The notes: a model not told the origin generated them from the letters alone. DNA of 32,000 bases from Limnohabitans sp. 2KL-51 (GCF_003063645.1 NZ_NESJ01000017.1:5181-37180), one strand, 5' to 3'. Shown: positions 1 through 15,864, counted from the stretch's first letter. A program made the numbers and translations.

Positions 1-2903
<2,903 letters not shown>

Positions 2904-2926
2904 TTCACAGGCAAAGGATTTAAACC

Positions 2927-7141
<4,215 letters not shown>

Positions 7142-7176
7142 GCGATGCATTCACCGCCTGCGCGGTGAAGCCCATT

Positions 7177-7214
7177 CAGCCCCTGTACCGCCATGTGGTC
7201 AGGGGCTGTTTTTG
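7177..7214 (+). terminator. Rho-independent terminator after rpoC
   Basis: CAGCCCCTG (7177-7185) pairs with CAGGGGCTG (7200-7208) and is followed by TTTTTGTTT. Confidence 0.7.
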
Positions 7215-7242
7215 TTTGGACGTGACCTGCGAGGAAAGCAAC

Positions 7243-7785
7243 ATGGGTGCTCTGGTGGTGGGTGTGGTGCTGGCTTTGTGCCTGTTCTGGTCGGTGGGTG
7301 CGCACAACCGCCTGGTGCGCTTGCGCTCTGAAGTCGTGCGCCAATGGAGCAGTGTGGATGCCGTTTGGCTGCGCCTCTTGGTGCGTTTGCAAGGAGGCTT
7401 GGCGGCACGCCAAAGCTTGGTCAGCGAGGACGAGGCGTTGGAACTGCAAGCCCTGCAAAATGCCAGCGACCAGATGTTGGAAGCCCTCACGCAGGCCCGA
7501 ATGCAGCCTTTAGACGAAGTGGTGCAAAAACAGGTGATCAGCCAGCACCTGTTGCTGGTCAGTGAAATCCGTTTGTTGCAGCAACAGGCCAACGAAGCCA
7601 TACGCCCAGACCTGGACATCGCGCTCAACCGCATGCGCCAGACCCTGCCCGCAGCCATGATTCCTTACCATGTGGCTGTCGGTGCGTACAACGATGCCTT
7701 GGTCATGCGACCGGCCTCTTGGCTGGCGCGGCGTTTGAATTTCAAACCCGCTGTGCGCATGGACTTGACCATGGCGTTCAACTGA
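7243..7785 (+). CDS. LemA-family membrane protein (putative)
   Basis: Start moved to the ATG at 7243 (AGGAAAG RBS) because the longer ORF from 7165 runs through the rpoC terminator. The product has an N-terminal TM helix followed by NRLVRLRSEV, and a C-terminal YNDALVMRPASWLARRLNFKP. Both resemble LemA N- and C-terminal signatures as I recall them. Confidence 0.6.
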   Translation: MGALVVGVVLALCLFWSVGAHNRLVRLRSEVVRQWSSVDAVWLRLLVRLQGGLAARQSLVSEDEALELQALQNASDQMLEALTQARMQPLDEVVQKQVISQHLLLVSEIRLLQQQANEAIRPDLDIALNRMRQTLPAAMIPYHVAVGAYNDALVMRPASWLARRLNFKPAVRMDLTMAFN

Positions 7786-7796
7786 GATTCGCAGCC

Positions 7797-9218
7797 ATGA
7801 GCCACAAGCCCCAAACGCACCAGGCGGGAGCCTCACCACGGCCAGCAGCCGCACGACCTCAAAGCCCAAGAACAGGCGATTCAAGCACTGCCCAGTCCTT
7901 GCCGCTGTGGCGGCAGCTGCAGGTCGCGGCTGCGGTGGTCCAGGCGGTGCGGGCCGGGCGCTCCTTGACCGCGGAATTGGCCAGCGTGACGCCCGAGCTG
8001 CGGCCGGGGGTTCAAGCCCTCACTTTTCAGGTGATGCGGCAACTGGGCCGGGCCATGGCGTTGCGCGAGAAGTTGGCCAACAAGGCACCGCCCCCTGCTG
8101 CCGACGCCTTGTTGTGCACAGCCCTGGCCCTGAGCTGGCAGGGCGACGACGCGCCCTACCCGGTGCACACCTTGGTCAACCAAGCGGTCGAGGCCGCCCG
8201 GCAGCAAAGGCAGACGCAGCCACAAAGCGGGTTCATTAACGGCTGTTTGCGGCGTTTCCTCCGCGAACGTGAAACCTTGGTGGCAGAAACGGACAACGAC
8301 CCACAGGCACGCTGGAACCATCCGCGCTGGTGGGTGACTCGTGTGCAGGACGAATACCCAGAAGACTGGCAAAAACTTCTCGACATGGCGCAACAACCGG
8401 CCCCCATGAGTTTGCGCGTGGACACCCGTCACCACAGCGTGGCCGAGTACCAAGCGCAGCTGCTGGTTATTGGGTTGGCCACCCAGGCCGTGGGCGCATC
8501 GGGTTTGCAACTCGAGCGCGCGGTGCCCGTGCACCAATTGCCCGGCTTTGCTCAGGGCCATGTGTCGGTGCAGGACGCCGCCGCGCAAGTGGCAGCCCCA
8601 CTGCTGCTGCAAGGGCGCGAGGCAGGGCAAGCGTGGCGCATTCTGGATGCCTGCGCGGCACCTGGCGGCAAAACAGGTCACTTGCTGGCCTGCTATCCCA
8701 ACGCACAGGTGTTGGCTCTCGATGTGGACGCAGAGCGGTGTCAACGCATCGCAGAAAATTTGCAGCGCTTGGGTGCACAAAATGAGGCCCGTGCCGAGGT
8801 ACGCGCCGCCGATGCCGCTCAGCCTGCGCAGTGGTGGGATGGCGTGGCTTTCGACGCAATCTTGCTGGATGCACCCTGCACCGCCTCTGGCATCGTGCGC
8901 AGGCACCCCGACGTGCGCTGGCTGCGCCGCCCTGGCGACAGCGCACAACTGGCCCAAACGCAGGCACGGCTGCTCAAGGCCCTGTGGCCCTTGCTATCTC
9001 CAGGGGGCCGTTTGCTGTATTGCACTTGCTCAGTTTTTCGATCAGAGGGAGAAGACACCGTACAAGCGTTTCTTCAGCACAACACCGATGCACGAATGCT
9101 GCCCTCACCCGGACATTTGATACCCGGCAAAATACCCACAGGCCTTCCTGTCAAGCACAATGCACTGGGTGAACATGACGGTTTTTATTACGCACTGCTG
9201 GAGAAGGATCGGGATTGA
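7797..9218 (+). CDS. rsmB: 16S rRNA (cytosine967-C5)-methyltransferase RsmB/Sun
   Basis: SAM-MTase motifs are present (ILDACAAPGGKTGHLL, DAILLDAPCTASGIVRRHPD, LLYCTCSV). Start chosen at the first ATG after the LemA-like stop; the exact start is uncertain. Confidence 0.85.
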   Translation: MSHKPQTHQAGASPRPAAARPQSPRTGDSSTAQSLPLWRQLQVAAAVVQAVRAGRSLTAELASVTPELRPGVQALTFQVMRQLGRAMALREKLANKAPPPAADALLCTALALSWQGDDAPYPVHTLVNQAVEAARQQRQTQPQSGFINGCLRRFLRERETLVAETDNDPQARWNHPRWWVTRVQDEYPEDWQKLLDMAQQPAPMSLRVDTRHHSVAEYQAQLLVIGLATQAVGASGLQLERAVPVHQLPGFAQGHVSVQDAAAQVAAPLLLQGREAGQAWRILDACAAPGGKTGHLLACYPNAQVLALDVDAERCQRIAENLQRLGAQNEARAEVRAADAAQPAQWWDGVAFDAILLDAPCTASGIVRRHPDVRWLRRPGDSAQLAQTQARLLKALWPLLSPGGRLLYCTCSVFRSEGEDTVQAFLQHNTDARMLPSPGHLIPGKIPTGLPVKHNALGEHDGFYYALLEKDRD

Positions 9219-9813
9219 GCTTGGCGCTTGGTTGGCCCGGGCTTTCGCCATTGCACTGTTGGGCCTAAGCGGTGCCTGGGCTCAAACCTCCAGCGTGGAG
9301 CTGACTGAGTTGATTCCGGTGCGCAAGGACAGTGCCCTGATGATCAATGCCCAACTCAAACTGGAGCTGGGTCCGGCCGTAGAAGACGCCCTCATCAAAG
9401 GTCTGGCGGTGCACTTTGTGGCCGAAGCCGAAGTGTTTCGCGAGCGCTGGTACTGGACCGATAAAAAAATCGGCGTGGCCAGTCGTTACTACCGTCTGGC
9501 TTTTCAGCCGCTGACCCGACGCTGGCGTTTGAATGTTTCCAGCGAACCGATTGCAGGCACCGGCTTGGCGGGGAGTATTTCACAGAACTTTGAAACGCTG
9601 GCCGAGGCCCTGAGCGTGATTCGTCGCCAATCGGCCTGGAAAATCGCCGATGCCCAGAACCTGGACCCTGATGCCCGACAACGCCTGCGCTACGAATTCA
9701 AGCTGGATGTCTCGCAGCTGCCCCGCCCCTTCCAGATTGCTGCAGGAAACCAGGCCGATTGGAACCTGCAGGTCAACAAGACACTGCGCCTGAGCGAAGA
9801 GTTGGTGCGCTGA
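9175..9813 (+). CDS. DUF4390-like periplasmic protein (start uncertain)
   Basis: Signal-peptide-like N-terminus (AFAIALLGLSGAWAQ) and an RYYRLAFQPLTRRWRL segment, in the conserved position between rsmB and the sensor kinase. It overlaps the rsmB 3' end. Confidence 0.6.
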   Translation: MTVFITHCWRRIGIELGAWLARAFAIALLGLSGAWAQTSSVELTELIPVRKDSALMINAQLKLELGPAVEDALIKGLAVHFVAEAEVFRERWYWTDKKIGVASRYYRLAFQPLTRRWRLNVSSEPIAGTGLAGSISQNFETLAEALSVIRRQSAWKIADAQNLDPDARQRLRYEFKLDVSQLPRPFQIAAGNQADWNLQVNKTLRLSEELVR

Positions 9814-9814
9814 C

Positions 9815-12112
9815 ATGTCGTGGCTCAAAGCCTCCCTTGACCAAATACCCGAGCGACCTTCCCGGACTGGCCAGTGGTTGATACTGGTGGGCGCCGTGAG
9901 CTTGGCTGCGATCGGCATTGGCTTGCTGGTGCTCATGACGCAGGCCACGGGCAACCGGGAAAGTTACAACCAGAACTACGAATGGCTGGTGATCATCAAT
10001 ACCGTGGTGGCCAGTGGTTTGTTGATCACCATTTTGTGGGGCATGGTGCGATTGCTGCGCAGCATGTACAAAGGCCAGTTCGGTTCACGCTTGCTGGTCA
10101 AACTGGCGGGCATCTTTGCTTTGGTGGGCGTCATTCCCGGTTTGCTCATTTATGTGGTGTCTTACCAGTTTGTCTCGCGTTCGATTGAAAGCTGGTTTGA
10201 CGTCAAAGTGGAGGCGGCCTTGGTGGCGGGTCTCAACTTGGGGCGGGCGACGCTGGACACCCTCAGTGAAGATCTGAACAAACAAGGCAAGGCAGCCGCC
10301 GCCAATTGGGCCGAAGCCAGTGAACTCAACCCCGCTTTGGCGGCTGAAAAAATCCGTACCCAGCTGGGCGCGATTGATGTCGCCATCTGGACCCAGGGCG
10401 GGCAAATGGTGGCCAACGCCGGGCCATCGCGCTTTCAATTGAGTGCCGATCGGCCTGCGCCGCAGCAACTGCGTGAGGCCCGTCAAAATGGCTCCATGTC
10501 CTGGGTGGAGGGTTTGGACGAAGCCAACCCCGGCGGCGACAAGGGTCGGATCAAGGTCCTGGTGCTGTTTCCCCAATGGAGCCTGGCTTTGGACGAAGAA
10601 CGGCGCTTGCTCATGGTGACCCAGGACCTGCCCCCCACACTGGTCAACAATGCGCTGGAGGTGCAAGCGGCCTACCGCGAATACCAAGAGCGGGCCCTGG
10701 CGCGTGACGGCCTGCGGCGCATGTACATCGGCACCCTGACGCTGAGCCTCTTTCTGGCTGTGTTGGGGGCTATTTTGCTGGCCGTGCTGTTGGGCAAACA
10801 GCTGGCCAGACCCTTGCTGTTGCTGGCCCATGGCATGCGCCAAGTGGCGGACGGCGACCTGCGGCCCAAACTGGCGCTGCAAGGCAAAGACGAGCTGGGT
10901 GGACTGACCCGATCTTTTGCCGAGATGACCCAGCAACTGGCCGATGCCCGTGTCAGTGGCGAACGCAGCCTGAGCCACCTCGACCAAGCCAGAGGCAAAT
11001 TGCAAACTATCCTGGACAATCTCACGGCTGGTGTCATGGTGCTTGACGCACAAGGCACCATCGAATCGACCAACCCAGGGGCCACGCGCATTTTGCGCGT
11101 GCCGGTCAGCGCGCACGAAGGCAAGGGCCTGCAAGGCCTGCCTGGTCTGCAGGCGTTTGCCCACGAGGTGGATGCCCAATTCAAAGCCTTGCATGCCGGC
11201 ACAGACGTACACGAATTGGACCACTGGCAAAAATCCTTTGACATCCATGCTGCAGGCCAGGGGCTGAGCCAAACCAGCGTGACCTTGCTCGCGCGCGGAG
11301 CTGTCTTGCCAGACGGCAAGCGCTTGTTGGTGTTTGACGATATCTCGGAAATCGTCTCGGCTGAACGCGCCCAGGCCTGGGGGGAAGTGGCCCGAAGGTT
11401 GGCGCACGAAATCAAGAACCCCCTCACGCCCATCCAGCTGTCGGCCGAGCGCCTGCAAAGACGCCTGATCGGTAAATTGGAAGCGCAAGACGACGCAGTG
11501 CTGACCAAATCTGTCAAGACGATCGTCGACCAGGTGGATGCGATGAAGCGCTTGGTCAATGAGTTTCGCGACTATGCCCGTTTACCATCGGCTGAGCTCA
11601 AGCCTCTGCAGCTCAACACACTGATCAGCGATGTGCTGGCCCTGTACGCCAGTGAGCCTCATGACAACGAGACGCGAGCCCAAATCCACACTGAGCTCGA
11701 TGCAGCATGCCCTGCCATCCTGGGAGACGAACAGCAATTGCGCCAGGTCATCCACAACCTGCTGCAAAACGCTCAAGACGCCTGCGAAACGCGTGGCCAC
11801 GGGCTGGCTACAGCCCGCGTACACGTGCGCACCGAGTGGCGCGAGCAGCGTCAACGGGTGCGAATGACGGTGACCGACACCGGCCCCGGCTTTGCCCCCA
11901 ATATCCTGCAACGGGCCTTTGAACCCTACGTCACCACCAAGGCCAAGGGCACGGGCCTTGGCCTGGCCGTGGTCAAAAAAATAGCCGATGAACACGGCGC
12001 AAACATCAAGCTGGGTAACGTGTCAGAAGGTGGCGACATTCAAGGTGCGCAAGTCTCGTTATCATTCGCTGTGGCGCAAACCGCACAGGGGCTGGAACAG
12101 CCCCCTTCATGA
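9815..12112 (+). CDS. NtrY-like sensor histidine kinase (TM, HAMP, PAS, HisKA, HATPase)
   Basis: N-terminal TM helices, H-box (RRLAHEIKNPLTPIQLSAERL), N-box (HNLLQNAQDA) and G-boxes (DTGPGF, GTGLGLAVVKK). Confidence 0.85.
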   Translation: MSWLKASLDQIPERPSRTGQWLILVGAVSLAAIGIGLLVLMTQATGNRESYNQNYEWLVIINTVVASGLLITILWGMVRLLRSMYKGQFGSRLLVKLAGIFALVGVIPGLLIYVVSYQFVSRSIESWFDVKVEAALVAGLNLGRATLDTLSEDLNKQGKAAAANWAEASELNPALAAEKIRTQLGAIDVAIWTQGGQMVANAGPSRFQLSADRPAPQQLREARQNGSMSWVEGLDEANPGGDKGRIKVLVLFPQWSLALDEERRLLMVTQDLPPTLVNNALEVQAAYREYQERALARDGLRRMYIGTLTLSLFLAVLGAILLAVLLGKQLARPLLLLAHGMRQVADGDLRPKLALQGKDELGGLTRSFAEMTQQLADARVSGERSLSHLDQARGKLQTILDNLTAGVMVLDAQGTIESTNPGATRILRVPVSAHEGKGLQGLPGLQAFAHEVDAQFKALHAGTDVHELDHWQKSFDIHAAGQGLSQTSVTLLARGAVLPDGKRLLVFDDISEIVSAERAQAWGEVARRLAHEIKNPLTPIQLSAERLQRRLIGKLEAQDDAVLTKSVKTIVDQVDAMKRLVNEFRDYARLPSAELKPLQLNTLISDVLALYASEPHDNETRAQIHTELDAACPAILGDEQQLRQVIHNLLQNAQDACETRGHGLATARVHVRTEWREQRQRVRMTVTDTGPGFAPNILQRAFEPYVTTKAKGTGLGLAVVKKIADEHGANIKLGNVSEGGDIQGAQVSLSFAVAQTAQGLEQPPS

Positions 12113-12131
12113 ACAGAGACAAAACAGGCAT

Positions 12132-12794
12132 ATGGCAAATATTTTGGTGGTGGACGACGAGCTGGGCATACGAGACCTGCTCTCAGAAATCCTCTTTGAC
12201 GAGGGGCACCAGGTGGAGCTTGCCGAAAACGCCGCGCAAGCGCGTGAGGCTCGCCAGAACATGCGCCCCGACCTCGTGTTGCTCGACATCTGGATGCCCG
12301 ACACCGATGGCGTGAGCCTGCTCAAGGAATGGGCGGCTACCGGCCTGTTGAACATGCCCGTGATCATGATGAGTGGCCACGCCACCATCGACACTGCGGT
12401 TGACGCCGTCAAGATCGGCGCGCATGCCTTTCTGGAAAAGCCCATTACCCTGCAAAAACTGCTCAAGGCGGTTGAACAAGCACTGGCCCGCGATCAAGTG
12501 CAGCAAGCCATGCTGGCCGCTACCCCGCCTCCGCCGCCCAGCGTGCTGTCCATGTCCTCGGTGGTCGTGACCAAAAACATTTCGGCCCCCGATGTGCAGC
12601 AAAGCTTCGAACTTGACCGACCGCTGCGCGAAGCACGTGATGCCTTTGAAAAAGCCTACTTTGAATTTCACCTGTCCCAAGAAGGTGGATCGATGACCCG
12701 AGTGGCCGAAAAAACAGGTCTGGAGCGCACCCACCTTTACCGTAAGCTCAAGCAACTTGGCGTGGACCTCACACGCAGCAAACGCAGCCATTGA
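12132..12794 (+). CDS. Response regulator: receiver domain plus Fis-type HTH (NtrX-like, no AAA+ module)
   Basis: Start at the ATG at 12132 (MANILVVDDE...); the listed 11988 start lies inside the kinase gene. Receiver motifs VDDE and DLVLLDIWMPDTDG are present, with a C-terminal HTH (RVAEKTGLERTHLYRKLKQLGV). Confidence 0.85.
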   Translation: MANILVVDDELGIRDLLSEILFDEGHQVELAENAAQAREARQNMRPDLVLLDIWMPDTDGVSLLKEWAATGLLNMPVIMMSGHATIDTAVDAVKIGAHAFLEKPITLQKLLKAVEQALARDQVQQAMLAATPPPPPSVLSMSSVVVTKNISAPDVQQSFELDRPLREARDAFEKAYFEFHLSQEGGSMTRVAEKTGLERTHLYRKLKQLGVDLTRSKRSH

Positions 12795-12914
12795 CTCTGG
12801 TGCCAGAGACGCTTGGAGACCAATGGCTGTCCCTGGAACGCAGCGGGCATTGACATCGGTGTTTGACGCAGTATTTTTTTGAGTTTTGCTCTCGGGCGCC
12901 CCCAAAAGACCTGC

Positions 12915-12920
12915 TAGAAT
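12915..12920 (+). promoter_or_regulatory. Possible -10 box (TAGAAT) of the tRNA-Phe promoter
   Basis: Near-consensus -10 hexamer 10 nt upstream of the mature tRNA 5' end. I could not find a convincing -35 at 17-bp spacing. Confidence 0.3.
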
Positions 12921-12930
12921 TCATGGCTTC

Positions 12931-13006
12931 GGCCCGGTAGCTCAGTTGGTAGAGCAGCGGATTGAAAATCCGCGTGTCACTGGTTCGATTCCAGTCCAGG
13001 CCACCA
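12931..13006 (+). tRNA. tRNA-Phe (anticodon GAA at 12964-12966), 76 nt with encoded CCA
   Basis: Hand-folded cloverleaf: acceptor GGCCCGG/CCAGGCC (one C5:A68 mismatch), D arm GCTC-AGTTGGTA-GAGC, anticodon arm GCGGA-TTGAAAA-TCCGC, variable loop GTGTC, T arm ACTGG-TTCGATT-CCAGT, discriminator A, CCA. Confidence 0.93.
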
Positions 13007-13007
13007 G
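12962..13007 (+). repeat. att direct repeat copy A (3' part of the intact tRNA-Phe; attL of island 1)
   Basis: TTGAAAATCCGCGTGTC..TGGTTCGATTCC...CCAGGCCACCAG recurs at 19623-19668 and, shortened, at 23655-23691. Confidence 0.85.
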
Positions 13008-13011
13008 TTCT

Positions 13012-13045
13012 ACACCGTAAGTGCGAAAGTGCTTACGGTGTTTTA
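13012..13045 (+). terminator. Island-supplied terminator for the reconstituted tRNA-Phe
   Basis: ACACCGTAAG (13012-13021) pairs with CTTACGGTGT (13032-13041), followed by TTTT. This differs from the hairpin that follows the two displaced tRNA 3' fragments. Confidence 0.6.
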
Positions 13046-13117
13046 CTTTGTAGTGTTAGCGTAATACATATGCTGCCAACGCTGCCTCAACTTGCCGCAC
13101 GCAGAGAGGCTTGCTAA

Positions 13118-14410
13118 ATGCAGCAGCCACCGCACTCCACCTTGTATTTAGACAACGAGCGACACGCGGATGGAAAAAAGTCTGCTTTTCAAAAAACCAC
13201 CCTCCGCAGCACCCTCACAGCCCTCCACGCTGCTCAACCGCAGTCCATCTACTTGCGTGACGGCGAACTTGTCTTGTATCGCCGCAGCCGCAGTCTGCTG
13301 TATCAATGTCGCTACCGTTTGGCTGACGGCAGTTGGGTGAGACAAACAACGGGTAAAGCAGCGTTAGAACACGCCATTGTTCGTGCTTGCGACATTTACG
13401 ACGAAGCCAGATACAGACAAAGGTTGGGATTAGCACACCGCACACACTCTGTAGCACTGATTGCTGCTGTTTGCTGTGCTGACTTGCGGCAGCAGATTGA
13501 CGGCAAAGGCAAGAAAACGGCGTTGAATGACTATGTCAGCATCATTGAACGCTACTTCGTGCCTTACTTTGGTGAGCGTCAGTTGGAGTCATTGACGCAT
13601 ACGGACATACGAGAGTTTGAACTGTGGCGGGACAGGCAAATGACACGCAAGCCCAAAACCAGCACCCTCAACAACTTCACCAGTGCGTGGAACCGTGTGA
13701 TTGCCACTGCTGTAGAACAAGGCTACATCTCAGAGCGTGTGCCAGTGCCAAAACTCACAAGCAAGGGCGAGAAGGGTAAAACACGCCCAGCGTTCAGCAA
13801 GGAAGAGATAGAACAGTTGTTGGCGTTTGTGGAAACTTGGCAGCACAAAGGGCGAATGGCAGTTGAGCAAGAGATACGCCCCTTGCTGCGTGATTACATT
13901 GAGATGTTGCTTTACACGGGTATGCGGCACGGCACAGAGGCAATGGGCATACGCTGGCGGGACTTGGAGTGGCACACAAAGGATGGTGTGCGGTATTTGC
14001 GTGTGTGGGTGGATGGCAAAACGGGCGGACGCTGGCTCATTGCCAAGCACAAGGCAGTGGATGTACTGCGTAGGCTACACGCACGGCAGCGAGATATTGC
14101 TGATGTGCCGTTTGAGGATGTGCTCACAACACGAGTGCCGCACTTGCTGTTCCGCTTCAGTGACGGACACCAGCCGCACAGTTTGGTGGGAACTTTTAGG
14201 CGGCTGATGCGGGACAGCGGCTTGTTAGTGGATAGTGCAGGGCAAACGCGAACCTTGTATTCGCTGCGGCACACCTACGCCACGCTGGCATTGTTGGAGG
14301 GTGGGGCTGACATACACACGCTCAGCAAGCAGATGGGCAACTCAGCGGCAATGATTGAGCGGCACTACAGCAAATTGACAGCGACTATGGCAGCAGACAG
14401 GTTGGCTTGA
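13118..14410 (+). CDS. Tyrosine-type integrase of island 1
   Basis: 430-aa ORF with catalytic-domain signatures (TGMRHGTE, DGKTGGR, LYSLRHTYAT, IERHY). It lies adjacent to the tRNA and is about three-quarters identical by eye to the interrupted integrase at 19784-21025. Confidence 0.9.
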   Translation: MQQPPHSTLYLDNERHADGKKSAFQKTTLRSTLTALHAAQPQSIYLRDGELVLYRRSRSLLYQCRYRLADGSWVRQTTGKAALEHAIVRACDIYDEARYRQRLGLAHRTHSVALIAAVCCADLRQQIDGKGKKTALNDYVSIIERYFVPYFGERQLESLTHTDIREFELWRDRQMTRKPKTSTLNNFTSAWNRVIATAVEQGYISERVPVPKLTSKGEKGKTRPAFSKEEIEQLLAFVETWQHKGRMAVEQEIRPLLRDYIEMLLYTGMRHGTEAMGIRWRDLEWHTKDGVRYLRVWVDGKTGGRWLIAKHKAVDVLRRLHARQRDIADVPFEDVLTTRVPHLLFRFSDGHQPHSLVGTFRRLMRDSGLLVDSAGQTRTLYSLRHTYATLALLEGGADIHTLSKQMGNSAAMIERHYSKLTATMAADRLA

Positions 14411-14473
14411 TGGGGTTGATTATTTTATTGAGATGTTTATGATAAAAGACGGACTACACTGAAAGGAAGTAAT

Positions 14474-14770
14474 ATGCGATTTCGAATTATGGGCTTGATG
14501 CTTGGTGTTGCGTTGCTAGCAACAGGATGTGCGGCACCAAAATATGATGGTCCTGGAACATTTCAAGACTTTGCGAATGCACGCTATCAATGTGTTCGCG
14601 AAACATCTGCCCGAGTCAGTGGTGCCGCAATAAATCAATATGGTGGAGCAGCAAGTAGTTCCGTAATGCCAAGTTGTTCAGCATTCCAAGCCTGCCTAGC
14701 ATCAAAAGGATACTATGAATCACCAAATGGACGGTTGGATGCCTCATCAATTGGTGTTCGTTGCAATTAA
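14474..14770 (+). CDS. Small Cys-rich lipoprotein (hypothetical)
   Basis: AAGGAAG RBS; signal peptide with lipobox LLATGC; 98 aa. Confidence 0.7.
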   Translation: MRFRIMGLMLGVALLATGCAAPKYDGPGTFQDFANARYQCVRETSARVSGAAINQYGGAASSSVMPSCSAFQACLASKGYYESPNGRLDASSIGVRCN

Positions 14771-14782
14771 GGAGCAACTGAA

Positions 14783-15040
14783 ATGAGCACACCACAACAA
14801 CGACTTGAAGAAATCGCAGAACAAGAAAAGAAACTTGCTGAAGAGAAGAAAAAACTGCTGGAAGCAAGTAAAGATGCTGACTTGGAACTGGTGAAGAAGT
14901 TGTGCAAGCAACACGGATTTACAGCAACACAACTGCGTGGAAGTTTGAAAGCCAAGGGCAGTAAGAAGACTTCTGCTGCAACTGAAAAGAAGCCTGCAGC
15001 AAAGAAGCCTGCAGCGAAGAAAACAGCCAAATCCAAGTAA
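14783..15040 (+). CDS. H-NS-like N-terminal domain protein with a Lys/Ala/Pro-rich histone-H1-like tail
   Basis: AAGGAG RBS. The product has a coiled-coil N-terminus (RLEEIAEQEKKLAEEKKKLLEA) and then LVKKLCKQHGFTATQL, which resembles the central dimerisation segment of betaproteobacterial H-NS-family proteins. The tail is KKPAAKKPAAKKTAKSK, encoded partly by a 15-bp tandem duplication at 14987-15016. The canonical H-NS C-terminal DNA-binding motif is absent. Confidence 0.6.
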   Translation: MSTPQQRLEEIAEQEKKLAEEKKKLLEASKDADLELVKKLCKQHGFTATQLRGSLKAKGSKKTSAATEKKPAAKKPAAKKTAKSK

Positions 15041-15062
15041 TCTCAACTTGATGTAGCAAGAG

Positions 15063-15094
15063 CAGCGTGGGCTAACAACTCACGCTGTTTTTTT
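15063..15094 (+). terminator. Rho-independent terminator
   Basis: CAGCGTG (15063-15069) pairs with CACGCTG (15081-15087), followed by a T7 run that ends directly at the next ATG. Confidence 0.7.
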
Positions 15095-15706
15095 ATGCCC
15101 AAACTTGATGGAACACACATACTTGAGCGTTTGACGAAACGCATTGAACAACTGGAAGCGGGTGATGAAATTGCTGACAAAGAAATCCGCAGTCTGCTCA
15201 ACGATGCACAACGAGCAGAGTTAGATAGTGCTTGGGAACAGCAGCAGCAACTGCGAAAGAACAAAAGAGCAAGAACAGAACAAGAACAGCAAGCACTGGG
15301 ATGGAAGAGCAAACGACAGGTGCGGATTGAAGTGTTGAAGGCTGCATTGAAAACTGCTTGGGATGGGATTGAAGCAGAGTTTGATAGGTTGAAAGATCAA
15401 GCAGAAATACGCGGTGCCAAAATCTACTTTGATACGCTGAACCAAGCATTGAAAGATGGCAAAGATAAGAGTGTTGCTACGAACTTGGCAAACAACGCAA
15501 TGACACGGGCAGGCTTGCGGCGAATGGATAAGCAACCGATTGGACTGCAGGGGCTGAACAAGCGAGACAGAGAAATAAGAGCGATGGAAGATGCGATACA
15601 GCAGAAGGCAGAGAGCGAAATGGATGACTATGAGCGTGAGCAACTTGAATTGCTACGAGAGCACGAAAGGGCTGTGCTTGCGAACAGGAAGAAACAAGGC
15701 AGGTAG
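15095..15706 (+). CDS. Hypothetical charged, coiled-coil-rich protein (203 aa)
   Basis: Long ORF in AT-richer DNA with protein-like composition. The ATG abuts the terminator T-tract with no SD, so expression and the start are uncertain. Confidence 0.55.
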   Translation: MPKLDGTHILERLTKRIEQLEAGDEIADKEIRSLLNDAQRAELDSAWEQQQQLRKNKRARTEQEQQALGWKSKRQVRIEVLKAALKTAWDGIEAEFDRLKDQAEIRGAKIYFDTLNQALKDGKDKSVATNLANNAMTRAGLRRMDKQPIGLQGLNKRDREIRAMEDAIQQKAESEMDDYEREQLELLREHERAVLANRKKQGR

Positions 15707-15755
15707 GCTGGAAGGCAGGTGAATAGGGGCTTTGCAGGCTTTTGGTAGGGTGGAA

Positions 15756-15825
15756 GGGTATGGTTTATTAAAAAGCACGGTTTTAGTCAGAGTAGGTTTG
15801 ATGTAGTGAAAAACCGTGCTTTTTG
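15756..15825 (+). repeat. Island-internal long-loop hairpin element, copy 1
   Basis: GGGTATGGTTTATTAAAAAGCACGGTTTT, a ~24-nt loop, then GTGAAAAACCGTGCTTTTT. A closely related copy lies at 18919-18983. Confidence 0.8.
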
Positions 15826-15864
15826 TTAAACCCAGTGTGTCCAGCATAACAAGTGGAGTAAAAA

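Noticed and set aside
7165-7242. Upstream extension of the LemA-like ORF, and likewise the 11988 start of the response regulator and the 7719 start of rsmB
   Set aside because: The extensions overlap the rpoC terminator or the preceding gene and lack RBSs. Downstream ATGs with better context were used.
7881-11559. Antisense or alternative-frame ORFs within rsmB and the sensor kinase (7881-8957 -, 10085-11488 -, 10672-11559 -, and others)
   Set aside because: Same shadow-ORF argument; the sense-strand genes carry clear family motifs.
14987-15016. 15-bp tandem repeat considered as a possible CRISPR or VNTR
   Set aside because: There are only two units, they are in frame, and they encode the KKPAA repeat of the H-NS-like protein. 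No spacer/repeat architecture exists anywhere in the window.
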